Under the pieces are notes generated by a model, which saw only the letters and a program-made list of their open reading frames with translations, made no database searches and had not been told where the DNA came from. From Feifaniaceae bacterium (GTDB taxonomy: Bacteria > Bacillota > Clostridia > Oscillospirales > Feifaniaceae), in the NCBI GenBank assembly GCA_045602805.1, contig JAZSCG010000083.1:1-28884 (forward strand): a stretch of 28,884 nt of DNA, given 5' to 3'. Made by a program: the position numbers and the translations under genes. Of this stretch, positions 1 through 9,616 are shown in pieces; the first letter of the stretch is position 1; each line of letters starts with the position of its first letter.

Positions 1-1467
1 TAATGCAAGAGCTGTAAGTGCGGCTGAGCCTATGGCAAAACCTTTGCCGGTTGCGGCAGTTGTGTTTCCGAGAGAGTCAAGAGCATCCGTTCTCTGACGG
101 ACTGTTTCATCAAGACCTGCCATTTGAGCAATACCGCCGGCATTGTCGGCAACAGGGCCGTAAGCGTCGGTTGCAAGGGTGATACCCAGAGTTGAAAGCA
201 TACCGACAGCAGAAATCGCAACACCGTAAAGACCCAGAGAAGCATTGGTTGCACCACCTGATATGTAAAAACTTACAAGCACGGAAACAGCAATTATTAC
301 TACGGGAATAGCCGTTGAAAGCATACCAAGTGCCATTCCGTCAATAATAACGGTTGCACTGCCTGTTTTTGCGGATCCTGAAAGTTTTTGTGTGGGCTTA
401 TAATTATCTGATGTATAATATTCAGTGAAGAAACCGATAAGCACACCGGCAAGCAGACCTGAAAGTACACAACCAAAAACACCTTTGTTTTCAGGAAGTA
501 AAGTGAAAATAAGAATTGCCGAAGAAATTGCTGAAATAACAGAACTTATATATGTTCCTCTTCTAAGTGAACCGAGAAGATTTTTCTGAGACGCACCTTC
601 TTTTGTGTTCACAAAAAAAGTGCCTGTAATTGAAGAAATGATGCCGATACCGGCTATCAAAAGGGGAAGAATAACACCCTTAAAGTTAAGACCGGCAGCA
701 ATTGCAAGTGCTCCGCAGGAAAGTATTGAACCGACATATGATTCGTACAAATCTGCACCCATGCCTGCAACATCACCGACATTATCACCGACATTGTCCG
801 CAATACAAGCGGGGTTTCTGGGATCATCTTCGGGAATACCTGCCTCAACTTTGCCAACCAGGTCTGCGCCGACATCTGCGGCTTTAGTAAATATACCGCC
901 GCCTACTCTTGCAAAAAGAGCCATTGTACTTGCACCCATACCAAATGTCAGCATAGCGCTCATCATTGATTCAAGGGGAAGCTTAAATACAAATTTTAAA
1001 ATAATAAACCAGACGCTTATGTCCAAAAGACCAAGTCCTACAACAGTAAGTCCCATAACAGAGCCTGAGGCAAATGCAATTTTCAATCCTTTGTTCAGAC
1101 TTTCTCTTGCACCGTTTGCGGTTCTTGTATTTGCGTATGTTGCAATTTTCATTCCGATAAAACCCGAAAGGGCAGAGAAAAAACCACCTGTTACAAAAGC
1201 GAAAGGTACAAATTTTGAGATTAGTTTGCCGTTTGTCGCAAATGAAAGTGTAAACAGGAGTATAAACACAACAGCAAAAAATATGCTTACCGTTTTATAC
1301 TGTCTTATCAGATAAGCCATTGCTCCTTGTCTGATTTTGACACCGATACTTTTTATTTGATCCGTGCCTTCATCTTTTCTCTTTACTGAACGGAAGAGAA
1401 AAAGCGAATAAGACAGAGCCAAAAGTGCACAAAATAAAATGATAAAAGGTGATATTCTCTCGAACAT
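1..1467 (-). CDS. hppA: Membrane-integral K+-dependent pyrophosphatase (Na+- or Na+/H+-translocating), 3' part outside the window
   Basis: I translated the minus strand by hand from ATG 1467 (SD GGAGG upstream); the frame stays open to position 1. Motifs: [84 protein letters not shown]. It is absent from the ORF track because it runs off the edge. Confidence 0.96.
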   Translation of the reverse strand, partial: MFERISPFIILFCALLALSYSLFLFRSVKRKDEGTDQIKSIGVKIRQGAMAYLIRQYKTVSIFFAVVFILLFTLSFATNGKLISKFVPFAFVTGGFFSALSGFIGMKIATYANTRTANGARESLNKGLKIAFASGSVMGLTVVGLGLLDISVWFIILKFVFKLPLESMMSAMLTFGMGASTMALFARVGGGIFTKAADVGADLVGKVEAGIPEDDPRNPACIADNVGDNVGDVAGMGADLYESYVGSILSCGALAIAAGLNFKGVILPLLIAGIGIISSITGTFFVNTKEGASQKNLLGSLRRGTYISSVISAISSAILIFTLLPENKGVFGCVLSGLLAGVLIGFFTEYYTSDNYKPTQKLSGSAKTGSATVIIDGMALGMLSTAIPVVIIAVSVLVSFYISGGATNASLGLYGVAISAVGMLSTLGITLATDAYGPVADNAGGIAQMAGLDETVRQRTDALDSLGNTTAATGKGFAIGSAALTALAL

Positions 1468-1500
1468 TTGTAATCCTCCACGAAATATAGTTGTAAGACC

Positions 1501-1529
1501 ATTCTAACTTAATAATATTAAATTATCAA
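1501..1529 (-). promoter_or_regulatory. Sigma-A-type promoter of hppA
   Basis: On the minus strand: TTGATA-17 nt-TAGAAT, upstream of the GGAGG SD. Confidence 0.6.
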
Positions 1530-1662
1530 GCAGAAAATTGAATTTAGTTAAGAAAAAGATGATTTTTTTTAATTTAATTAGCTGCAGTAGATAATTCTAT
1601 CATGTGTAAAAACTGAAAAAAGTCGAAAATAAATAAAAACAGATATAATATTAATAAAATGC

Positions 1663-1691
1663 TTGCATTTTTTTGTAGTCTGTGGTAATAT
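1663..1691 (+). promoter_or_regulatory. Sigma-A-type promoter of rpsB-tsf
   Basis: TTGCAT (1663-1668), 17 nt spacer, extended -10 TGgTAATAT (1683-1691). Confidence 0.65.
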
Positions 1692-1710
1692 TTATAGGCA
1701 AATTTGAAAT

Positions 1711-1776
1711 ACACACACTGAGCGATTTCGGGTCGGTGCTGTCAAACAGTTGGTCTGAAGAAAAACTTGGTGGAGG
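1711..1776 (+). ncRNA. t44/S2-type rpsB leader (autogenous ribosomal-protein control element)
   Basis: The ACACAC...GGTGC...TGGAGG pattern sits upstream of rpsB. Nested helices CACTGAG/CTTGGTG, TTCGGGTC/GGTCTGAA and GCTGT/ACAGT can form (with G-U pairs). Confidence 0.75.
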
Positions 1777-1799
1777 AAAAACTAAAGGAGGAATTTAAA

Positions 1800-2534
1800 A
1801 TGTCAGTTATTTCAATGAAGCAGTTACTTGAAGCAGGTGTTCACTTTGGACATCAGACAAGAAGATGGAACCCGAAAATGGCGGAGTACATCTACACAGA
1901 AAGAAATGGTATTTATATCATCGACCTTCAGAAAACCGTTAAGAAGCTTGAGGAAGCTTATATGTTCGTTCGTGATATTGCAGCAAACGGCGGCGATATC
2001 CTTTTCGTAGGAACAAAGAAGCAGGCTCAGGATTCAATCAAGGAAGAAGCTGAAAGAGTAGGTATGTACTACGTTAACGCAAGATGGCTTGGCGGCATGC
2101 TTACCAACTTCAAGACTATCCAGGGTAGAATTCAGCGTCTTAAGCAGCTTCGCAAGATGCAGGAAGACGGTACTTTCGATGTGCTTCCCAAGAAGGAAGT
2201 TACAAAACTTCTCGGTGAAATAGAGAAGCTCGAAAAGTTCCTTGGCGGTATCGAAGATATGCCTAAGATTCCTTCAGCACTTTTCATTGTTGACCCCAAG
2301 AAAGAAAAGATTGCTGTTGCTGAAGCAAAGAAACTCGGTATTCCGATAGTTGCTATTGTTGATACAAACTGTGATCCTGATGAAGTTGATTACGTTATCC
2401 CCGGTAACGATGATGCTATCCGTGCTGTAAAGCTTATTGCTGAAACAATGGCTAATGCTGTTCTTGAAGGCAAGCAGGGCGAACAGTTCGAAATGAAAGA
2501 AGAAACTGAAGCAGAAGCTTCAGATGCTGAATAA
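1800..2534 (+). CDS. rpsB: 30S ribosomal protein S2
   Basis: [27 protein letters not shown] and [14 protein letters not shown]; SD AAGGAGG before ATG 1800 (the ORF track starts 11 codons early). Confidence 0.99.
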   Translation: MSVISMKQLLEAGVHFGHQTRRWNPKMAEYIYTERNGIYIIDLQKTVKKLEEAYMFVRDIAANGGDILFVGTKKQAQDSIKEEAERVGMYYVNARWLGGMLTNFKTIQGRIQRLKQLRKMQEDGTFDVLPKKEVTKLLGEIEKLEKFLGGIEDMPKIPSALFIVDPKKEKIAVAEAKKLGIPIVAIVDTNCDPDEVDYVIPGNDDAIRAVKLIAETMANAVLEGKQGEQFEMKEETEAEASDAE

Positions 2535-2555
2535 TTTTTACGGAGGTAATTTATT

Positions 2556-3464
2556 ATGGCATTTACAGCTAAAGATGTTGCCGCACTTCGTGAGAGGACA
2601 GGTTGCGGTATGATGGATTGTAAGAAAGCTCTTACAGAAACAAACGGTGACGCTGACAAGGCTATTGAATATCTTAGAGAAAAAGGTCTTGCTGCTGCAC
2701 AGAAGAAAGCAAGCCGTATCGCTGCTGAAGGTGTTGTTGCAGCATATGTTGACGGTAACACAGGCGTTGTAATCGAAGTTAACTCTGAGTCTGACTTTGT
2801 TGCAAACAATGAAAAATTCCAGGAATTTGTTACAGGCTGTGCTAAGACAGTGGCAGAAACAAAGCCCGCTGATGTTGAAGAACTTCTTACAAAGAACTTC
2901 GCAGGTACAACAGATACCGTAGAAGCAGTTCGTCAGGAAAAGGTTCTTACAATCGGAGAAAACCTCAGCATCAGAAGATTTGCTATATTTGAAGGTGTTC
3001 TTGAAACATACATTCATATGGGTGGTAAGATCGGTGTTATGCTTCTTCTTGATACAGATGAAGCTACAGCTGCAAAGCCCGAATTCAAGGCTATGGCAAA
3101 GAATGTCTGCATGCAGATTGCTGCTATGAATCCCGGTTACTGCAAGAAGGACGAAGTTCCTGAGGAAGTAATCGAAAACGAAAAGAAGATTCTTAAAGTT
3201 CAGGCTATGGAAGAAGGTAAACCCGAAGCAATTGCTGAAAAGATGGTTATGGGACGTATTCAGAAGTTCTATAAGGAAAACTGTCTTGTTGAACAGGAAT
3301 ATGTTATTGATAACAAGATGAACGTTGCTCAGTATGTAGAATCAGTTGCTAAGGAACTTGGTTCAAAGATTGAAGTTGTTAAGTTCGTTCGTTTTGAAAA
3401 AGGTGAAGGCCTTCAGAAGAAGGAAGATAACTTTGCAGACGAAGTTGCTTCAATGATGAAGTAA
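2556..3464 (+). CDS. tsf: Translation elongation factor Ts
   Basis: LRERTGCGMMDCKKAL, EVNSESDFVA, VRFEKGEG; follows rpsB; SD GGAGG. Confidence 0.99.
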   Translation: MAFTAKDVAALRERTGCGMMDCKKALTETNGDADKAIEYLREKGLAAAQKKASRIAAEGVVAAYVDGNTGVVIEVNSESDFVANNEKFQEFVTGCAKTVAETKPADVEELLTKNFAGTTDTVEAVRQEKVLTIGENLSIRRFAIFEGVLETYIHMGGKIGVMLLLDTDEATAAKPEFKAMAKNVCMQIAAMNPGYCKKDEVPEEVIENEKKILKVQAMEEGKPEAIAEKMVMGRIQKFYKENCLVEQEYVIDNKMNVAQYVESVAKELGSKIEVVKFVRFEKGEGLQKKEDNFADEVASMMK

Positions 3465-3476
3465 ATTTAAATCAGG

Positions 3477-3508
3477 GTGCCCCGTATATTTCGATATACG
3501 GGGCACTT
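3477..3508 (+). terminator. Hairpin ending rpsB-tsf
   Basis: Perfect 13-bp stem GTGCCCCGTATAT-TTCG-ATATACGGGGCAC; the U-tract is short. Confidence 0.8.
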
Positions 3509-3553
3509 AGTCTATTTGTCGGTATGTTTAAATCAATTTGATAAATTGAATGG

Positions 3554-3582
3554 TTGCTTTTTTTTGGTATATAAGTTAAAAT
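3554..3582 (+). promoter_or_regulatory. Sigma-A-type promoter of the pyrH operon
   Basis: TTGCTT-17 nt-TAAAAT upstream of SD AGGAGG. Confidence 0.5.
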
Positions 3583-3600
3583 ATTTAGGAGGTGAATTAT

Positions 3601-4314
3601 GTGAATAATTTGAAATATAAAAGAGTTTTAATAAAAATCAGCGGTGAAGCTCTTGCCGGAGATAAGTCAATGGGCTTTGATGATAATGCTCTCACTCAAG
3701 TTGCTTCTATTATAAAAGAAGCGGTTGATATGGGTGTTGAGGTTGCGATAGTTGTCGGAGGCGGTAATTTCTGGCGCGGAAGGCAGGGCAAAGATATGAA
3801 TCGTACAAGAGCCGATCATATGGGTATGCTTGCTACGATGATAAACTCACTGGCACTTCAGGATGAACTTGAAACAATTGGAGTTAAGTCTAAAGTTCTT
3901 TCAGGAATTGAAATGCGTACAGTGGCAGAACAGTTTACAGCAAGAGATGCTGACAGATATCTCTCGGAAGGGCAGGTTGTGATATTTGGCGGTGGAATAG
4001 GCGCACCTTTCTTTACGACAGACACAGCTGCTGCCCTCAGAGCTTCCGAAATAGAAGCGGATGCACTTTTACTCGCAAAGAATGTCGGTTACATATATTC
4101 GGCAGATCCTAAAAAAGACCCGACGGCAGTACCGTATGATGAAATAACATTCAGTGAAATGATAAATAAGAGACTTACGGTTATCGACTATACGGCAACT
4201 ACATTTTGTATGGATAAGGGTATACCTGTTCTGCTCTTTGGAATGGATGACCCGTATAACATAATAAAAGCAATTAAAGGCGAACGTATCGGTACAATAA
4301 TTAAGGAGGATTAA
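3601..4314 (+). CDS. pyrH: UMP kinase
   Basis: [45 protein letters not shown] 3601 is 8 nt from SD AGGAGG; the exact start is uncertain. Confidence 0.97.
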   Translation: MNNLKYKRVLIKISGEALAGDKSMGFDDNALTQVASIIKEAVDMGVEVAIVVGGGNFWRGRQGKDMNRTRADHMGMLATMINSLALQDELETIGVKSKVLSGIEMRTVAEQFTARDADRYLSEGQVVIFGGGIGAPFFTTDTAAALRASEIEADALLLAKNVGYIYSADPKKDPTAVPYDEITFSEMINKRLTVIDYTATTFCMDKGIPVLLFGMDDPYNIIKAIKGERIGTIIKED

Positions 4315-4316
4315 AT

Positions 4317-4871
4317 ATGAAAATCGCAAGACCTGAAATTGAAGCAAAAATGGATAAGGCCATAAAGGCACTTGAAAATGAATACGCGACTATAAGAGCA
4401 GGCAGAGCAAATCCGTCAGTTCTTAACAAAGTTACAGTTGATTATTACGGTGTTCCCACACCTGTTCAGCAGATGGCTGCTGTTGCTGTTACCGACGCAA
4501 GAACTATTACTATTACTCCGTGGGACCCTTCTACTCTCACTGCTATTGAAAAAGCAATACTTGCATCTGATGTCGGTATTACTCCGACTAACGACGGTAA
4601 GAGTGTACGTCTTAATTTCCCTCCGCTTACGGAAGAGAGAAGAAAAGAACTTGTAAAAGAAGTTAAAAAATTGGCGGAGAATTCAAAGGTTGCTATCAGA
4701 AATATAAGACGTGATGCAATAGAAGATTTCAAAAAGAAAGAAAAAGCAAACGAAATCACTGAAGACGATCTTAAAATTGCTGAAAGTGATGTTCAGGAGC
4801 TTACAGACAAGTTTGTAAAGAATATTGATAAAGTTGCAGAAGCTAAGGAAAAGGAAATCCTTGAAATATGA
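4317..4871 (+). CDS. frr: Ribosome recycling factor
   Basis: [29 protein letters not shown]. Confidence 0.99.
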   Translation: MKIARPEIEAKMDKAIKALENEYATIRAGRANPSVLNKVTVDYYGVPTPVQQMAAVAVTDARTITITPWDPSTLTAIEKAILASDVGITPTNDGKSVRLNFPPLTEERRKELVKEVKKLAENSKVAIRNIRRDAIEDFKKKEKANEITEDDLKIAESDVQELTDKFVKNIDKVAEAKEKEILEI

Positions 4872-5581
4872 TTTTCAAAAAGAAACGTCTTGATAAAGAT
4901 ATACCTCTTCCGAGGCATATCGGCATCATTATGGACGGAAACGGAAGATGGGCAAGAAAAAGGGGATTGCCAAGACATGCGGGTCATTCTGTAGGGGCAG
5001 AGACTTTCAGAACCATTTCTACATATTGTAAGAATATAGGAATAAAGTATCTTACTGTCTATGCATTTTCTACCGAAAACTGGAAAAGACCGGCTGAAGA
5101 AGTTGAAGCCATCAACGGACTTTTGAAGAAGTATCTTCTTGAAGCGAGGGAAAAACTTGTAAATGAAGATATAGTCCTCAATTTTCTTGGTGATACATCT
5201 GTTTACAGTGATGAACTCAAAGAACTCATAAACGAGACATCACAGATGAATAACGACCACTGCAAGCTTATCTGTAATATAGCAATAAATTACGGAGGCA
5301 GGGCAGAAATTGTCCATGCAGTAAATAAACTTATCAAACAAGGTGCAGAGTCAGTTACGGAAGATGATATATCGGGGTCACTTTACACTGCAGGTCAGCC
5401 TGAACCTGATCTGATTATAAGAACAGGCGGTGAATACCGCACTTCAAACTTTCTTATGTGGCAGGGTGCTTATTCTGAGTTGTATTTTACACCTACACTC
5501 TGGCCTGATTTTAAAACAACGGATATAGATAAGGCTATAGAAGATTTTAATAAAAGAAACAGACGATACGGAGGAGTATAA
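4868..5581 (+). CDS. uppS: Isoprenyl transferase (undecaprenyl diphosphate synthase)
   Basis: [57 protein letters not shown]. Confidence 0.97.
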   Translation: MIFKKKRLDKDIPLPRHIGIIMDGNGRWARKRGLPRHAGHSVGAETFRTISTYCKNIGIKYLTVYAFSTENWKRPAEEVEAINGLLKKYLLEAREKLVNEDIVLNFLGDTSVYSDELKELINETSQMNNDHCKLICNIAINYGGRAEIVHAVNKLIKQGAESVTEDDISGSLYTAGQPEPDLIIRTGGEYRTSNFLMWQGAYSELYFTPTLWPDFKTTDIDKAIEDFNKRNRRYGGV

Positions 5582-5582
5582 T

Positions 5583-6377
5583 TTGCTCAAGTCATTTTTT
5601 GTACGCTTACTGTCAGGTATTGTTATCCTGGTGATGTATGTGTTGATGTATTGTTTCAGGTCGACTCTCGGATTAAATATATTGATTTCACTTATTGCTT
5701 TTGGGGCAGTATTTGAATTCTGCAAATTTACGGGAAAGATCGAACATGAATCTGAAATGCTTTTGCCGTTTGCGTGTGCATATGCAGTTGTTACACCGTT
5801 ATTTAATATACCGCTTATTACAACTGTTATATTTACTATCTGTGTATTTGGAATACTAATTTTTAAGTTTACGCAGGTAGATATAAGTAAGCTGTTTTTT
5901 GCAGGATTTGTATCGGTAATAATAACCTTGTCGATGACTTGTATAACTTCGCTGCAAAATTATGACAGCATTGATTATCTGCTTCCGCTATGCTTTGGTT
6001 CAGCGGTTACAGATGTTTTTGCATATCTTACCGGAATACTTATAGGCAAGCATAAGCTAAGCCCTGTGGTAAGTCCTAAAAAGAGCGTTGAGGGCGCTAT
6101 CGGCGGCACTTTGTTTACGGCGGCTGCATTTGCCTTATATGCGGTTTTTGCCAATAGTTATTTTAATACCGATTTCACGGTTGTTCAGGCAATTGTTGCA
6201 GGGCTGATATTTGCAGTTTTTGCGCAGATTGGTGATTTGACGGAATCTGCAATAAAGAGAAAATATAATGTAAAGGATTCGGGCAATCTTATTCCCGGTC
6301 ACGGCGGTATCTACGACAGATTTGACAGTTGGATAACAACTGCACCGCTCGTTCTGGTGATTGCCACATTATTGTAA
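5583..6377 (+). CDS. cdsA: Phosphatidate cytidylyltransferase
   Basis: Hydrophobic protein with SPKKSVEG, GDLTESAIKR, KDSGNLIPGHGGIYDRFD; TTG start after SD GGAG. Confidence 0.96.
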   Translation: MLKSFFVRLLSGIVILVMYVLMYCFRSTLGLNILISLIAFGAVFEFCKFTGKIEHESEMLLPFACAYAVVTPLFNIPLITTVIFTICVFGILIFKFTQVDISKLFFAGFVSVIITLSMTCITSLQNYDSIDYLLPLCFGSAVTDVFAYLTGILIGKHKLSPVVSPKKSVEGAIGGTLFTAAAFALYAVFANSYFNTDFTVVQAIVAGLIFAVFAQIGDLTESAIKRKYNVKDSGNLIPGHGGIYDRFDSWITTAPLVLVIATLL

Positions 6378-6378
6378 T

Positions 6379-7527
6379 ATGCAAAGGATAATTTCATTAC
6401 TTGGGTCTACGGGCTCTATAGGAACGCAGACTTTGAAAGTTGCAAAGCGATTCGGTTTTAAAATTGAAGCTCTTGCAGCACATTCCAATATTGATTTAAT
6501 CGAAAAGCAGGCGAGGGAATTCTCGCCTGCTCTTGTCGCTTTGTTTGACGAAGATGCCGCAAAGGTGCTTAAAGACAGGTTATCTGACACACAAATACAG
6601 GTACTTTCAGGTATACAAGGTGTTTGTGAATGTGCTAAGGCTGAAAACGCAAACATTGTTGTCGGCGCTATGAGCGGAATGATCGGACTTTTGCCCACGC
6701 TTGAGGCAATAAATGCAGGTAAGGATTTCGCTCTTGCCAATAAAGAAACTTTAGTTACGGCAGGCGGTCTTGTGACAGAACTTGCTGCGAAAAAAGGTGT
6801 TGCACTTTTACCTGTTGACAGCGAGCATAATGCAATCTCACAATGCTTAAGGGCAGGGGAGCACGGTGAAATAAAGAGACTTTTACTTACATGTTCGGGC
6901 GGTCCGTTTTTCGGTTATGATAAAGAAAAATTGAATAGGGTGACGGCTGCCGATGCATTAAAGCATCCCACATGGTCAATGGGAAGCAAGATAACAATTG
7001 ACTGTGCAACACTTATGAATAAAGGCCTTGAAGTCATTGAAGCAATGTGGCTTTTCGGTCTGCCTGCAGATAAGATAGATGTGGTGATACACCGTGAAAG
7101 TGTAATACATTCAATGGTGGAATATAACGACGGCGCAGTAATCGCAGAACTGGCAAAAACGGATATGTGTTTACCAATACAGTACGCACTGACATACCCT
7201 CAGCGTGTCGAAGGTACGGTAGAAAGTCTTGATTTTACAAAACTTTCATCGCTTACATTCCACAAACCGGACACGGATACGTTTGGTTGTTTAAGACTTG
7301 CTTATGAGTCTGCCCGTATGGGTGGTAGTGCACCTGTTGTTTTAAACGCTGCCAATGAAGTTGCGGTTGCTTTATTTCTGGAAAATAAAATCCGCTTTAC
7401 TGACATAGAATACATTGTAAGTAAAGAACTTGATATGCACAAAGTAATTAAAAATCCGAGTCTTGAAGATATCATGTACGTTGATAAAATTGTCAGAGAA
7501 AGAGTTTTCACAAAATACGGAGGTTGA
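6379..7527 (+). CDS. dxr: 1-deoxy-D-xylulose 5-phosphate reductoisomerase
   Basis: LLGSTGSIGTQT, LANKETLV, PVDSEH, HPTWSMGSKIT, NKGLEVIEA. Confidence 0.98.
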   Translation: MQRIISLLGSTGSIGTQTLKVAKRFGFKIEALAAHSNIDLIEKQAREFSPALVALFDEDAAKVLKDRLSDTQIQVLSGIQGVCECAKAENANIVVGAMSGMIGLLPTLEAINAGKDFALANKETLVTAGGLVTELAAKKGVALLPVDSEHNAISQCLRAGEHGEIKRLLLTCSGGPFFGYDKEKLNRVTAADALKHPTWSMGSKITIDCATLMNKGLEVIEAMWLFGLPADKIDVVIHRESVIHSMVEYNDGAVIAELAKTDMCLPIQYALTYPQRVEGTVESLDFTKLSSLTFHKPDTDTFGCLRLAYESARMGGSAPVVLNAANEVAVALFLENKIRFTDIEYIVSKELDMHKVIKNPSLEDIMYVDKIVRERVFTKYGG

Positions 7528-8558
7528 TCTGTATCAGCACATTCTTAACATTGCTTGCGGCAATATTTATATTTGGTATTTTAATATTTGTTCACGAAAT
7601 GGGGCATTTTATTGCCGCTAAGGCTACGCATACCGGCGTTAATGAGTTTTCAATAGGTATGGGGCCGAAAATATTATATTTTCAAGGGAAAAATACACTC
7701 TATTCACTAAGGGCTTTCCCTGTAGGTGGATTTGTACGATTAAAGTCGCTTGAAGAAAACCCTGAAGCAACAGATGCTTTTGAACAAAAAAATGCACTTG
7801 TAAGGATTTTTATACTTTTCTCAGGTGCGTTGATGAATATTTTGTTTGCATTACTGATATCTGTTATTATGACTTCGAGTGAACCGTATCTTATAAAGAA
7901 TGTGGTATCGGATTTTCATGAAACAAATGTGTCTTCTTCATACGGTCTTGAAGTTGGCGATGAAATATTGCAAATAAATGGCAAAAAGATATATTCATCC
8001 TCCGATATTGTATATTCGCTATCTTACAGTGGAGGTAAACCTGTAGATGTTACGGTTAGACGTAACGGTGAAACGACTGTACTTGAGGATGTTTCTTTTG
8101 TGGACTTTGAGGAAGAGGGGATTAAAGGTTTTACCCCCGATTTTTATCTTACAGCTCAAAATAAAACGTTTACAGGTGTTATAAAACAGGGTGTATTTGA
8201 ATGTTATGCCGCCTGCAGAAGCGTCTGGGATACTTTTGCATTGCTTTTTGGCGGTGAAATCGGTATGAGTGCTATGTCCGGACCGATAGGAACTACGGCT
8301 GCAATTTCTTCAGCGGTGTCTTACGGCATACGGTCAGCGCTCTATATCACCATGCTTCTTGGCGTTAATCTTGGCATTGTTAATCTTTTTCCGCTTCCCG
8401 TGCTTGACGGCGGTAAGATTGTTATAACTCTTATTGAAGCGGTTATCAGAAGAAAAATTAATCCCAAAATAGAAAATGCAATATCTTTAATAAGTATTGC
8501 AATATTATTGTTTATTATGATTTTTGTCAGCTTCAATGACATTATGAGGTTTAGATGA
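7524..8558 (+). CDS. rseP: RseP/RasP site-2 intramembrane zinc metalloprotease with PDZ domain
   Basis: HEMGH (HExxH), GGFV, NLFPLPVLDGG; TTGA overlap with the dxr stop. Confidence 0.93.
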   Translation: MICISTFLTLLAAIFIFGILIFVHEMGHFIAAKATHTGVNEFSIGMGPKILYFQGKNTLYSLRAFPVGGFVRLKSLEENPEATDAFEQKNALVRIFILFSGALMNILFALLISVIMTSSEPYLIKNVVSDFHETNVSSSYGLEVGDEILQINGKKIYSSSDIVYSLSYSGGKPVDVTVRRNGETTVLEDVSFVDFEEEGIKGFTPDFYLTAQNKTFTGVIKQGVFECYAACRSVWDTFALLFGGEIGMSAMSGPIGTTAAISSAVSYGIRSALYITMLLGVNLGIVNLFPLPVLDGGKIVITLIEAVIRRKINPKIENAISLISIAILLFIMIFVSFNDIMRFR

Positions 8559-9616
8559 ACAGAAAAATAACAAAGACGATTAAAGTCGGAAATATGATAA
8601 TTGGCGGAGGAAACAGAATTTCCGTACAATCCATGCTTAACACAAAAACGACTGATGTTGATGCTTGTGTTAAGCAGATTAACAAGCTAAAAGATGCAGG
8701 ATGTGATATCGTGCGTCTTACTGTTATGGATAGAGATTCTGTGGCGAGTTTTGCTAAAATTAAGGAACTGACGGATATGCCGCTCGTTGCAGATATTCAT
8801 TTTGATTATAAACTTGCAGTAGAAGTTGCATATGCGGGAGCGGATAAAATCAGAATAAACCCCGGAAATATCGGGTCTGATGATGGCGTGAAAGCAGTTG
8901 TCGATGCCTGCAGAGAAAATAATATTCCGATAAGAATCGGTGTTAACGGCGGTTCGCTTGAAAGACATATACTTGCAAAGTTCGGGCATCCGACACCGCA
9001 GGCACTCTTAGAAAGCGCAAAATATCATATTGATTTACTTCATAAATATGATTTTGACTCTTTTGCAGTTTCGATGAAATCATCCGATGTCACTACGTGC
9101 GTGGATGCATACAGACTTATTTCGGCGCAATATGATTGTCCGCTTCACATCGGTATCACAGAGACGGGGCATAGAGACATGGGTATTGTTAAATCTGCTG
9201 TCGGACTCGGAACATTGCTTCTTGAGGGTATAGGCGATACTATGAGAGTCTCATTAACCGATGACCCTGTGAATGAAGTTAAAACAGCTTATGATATACT
9301 TGCCGCTGCGGGATTGCATAAAAACAGACCGGAGATAATTTCTTGCCCGACATGTGGAAGAACACAGATTGATCTCATAGGACTTGTTGAGCAGGTAAAT
9401 GAACTTGTGAAAAACATAGACAAGCCTATAAAAATTGCTGTTATGGGATGTGTTGTAAACGGGCCAGGTGAGGCCAGAGAGGCTGATATCGGAATTGCTG
9501 GAGGCAAGGACGAAGGACTTTTGTTCAGACACGGAAAGATAGTAAAGAAAGTACCGTCTACGGAACTTCTTTCTGAACTTTCGAATGAAATTAACAAAAT
9601 TATTTTGGAGAAATAA
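8555..9616 (+). CDS. ispG: HMBPP synthase (flavodoxin/ferredoxin)
   Basis: ADIHFD, KIRINPGNIG, PLHIGITE, SCPTCGRT, MGCVVNGPGEA. Confidence 0.98.
   Translation: MNRKITKTIKVGNMIIGGGNRISVQSMLNTKTTDVDACVKQINKLKDAGCDIVRLTVMDRDSVASFAKIKELTDMPLVADIHFDYKLAVEVAYAGADKIRINPGNIGSDDGVKAVVDACRENNIPIRIGVNGGSLERHILAKFGHPTPQALLESAKYHIDLLHKYDFDSFAVSMKSSDVTTCVDAYRLISAQYDCPLHIGITETGHRDMGIVKSAVGLGTLLLEGIGDTMRVSLTDDPVNEVKTAYDILAAAGLHKNRPEIISCPTCGRTQIDLIGLVEQVNELVKNIDKPIKIAVMGCVVNGPGEAREADIGIAGGKDEGLLFRHGKIVKKVPSTELLSELSNEINKIILEK

Noticed and set aside
605-1315. 236-aa plus-strand ORF in the track
   Set aside because: It is the antisense shadow of hppA, whose motifs are clear on the minus strand, and has no SD or recognisable domain.
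7519-7535. Non-canonical ATC start for rseP, 9 nt after GGAGG
   Set aside because: The TTGA overlap with the dxr stop gives a simpler coupled start at TTG 7524; this cannot be resolved without proteomics.
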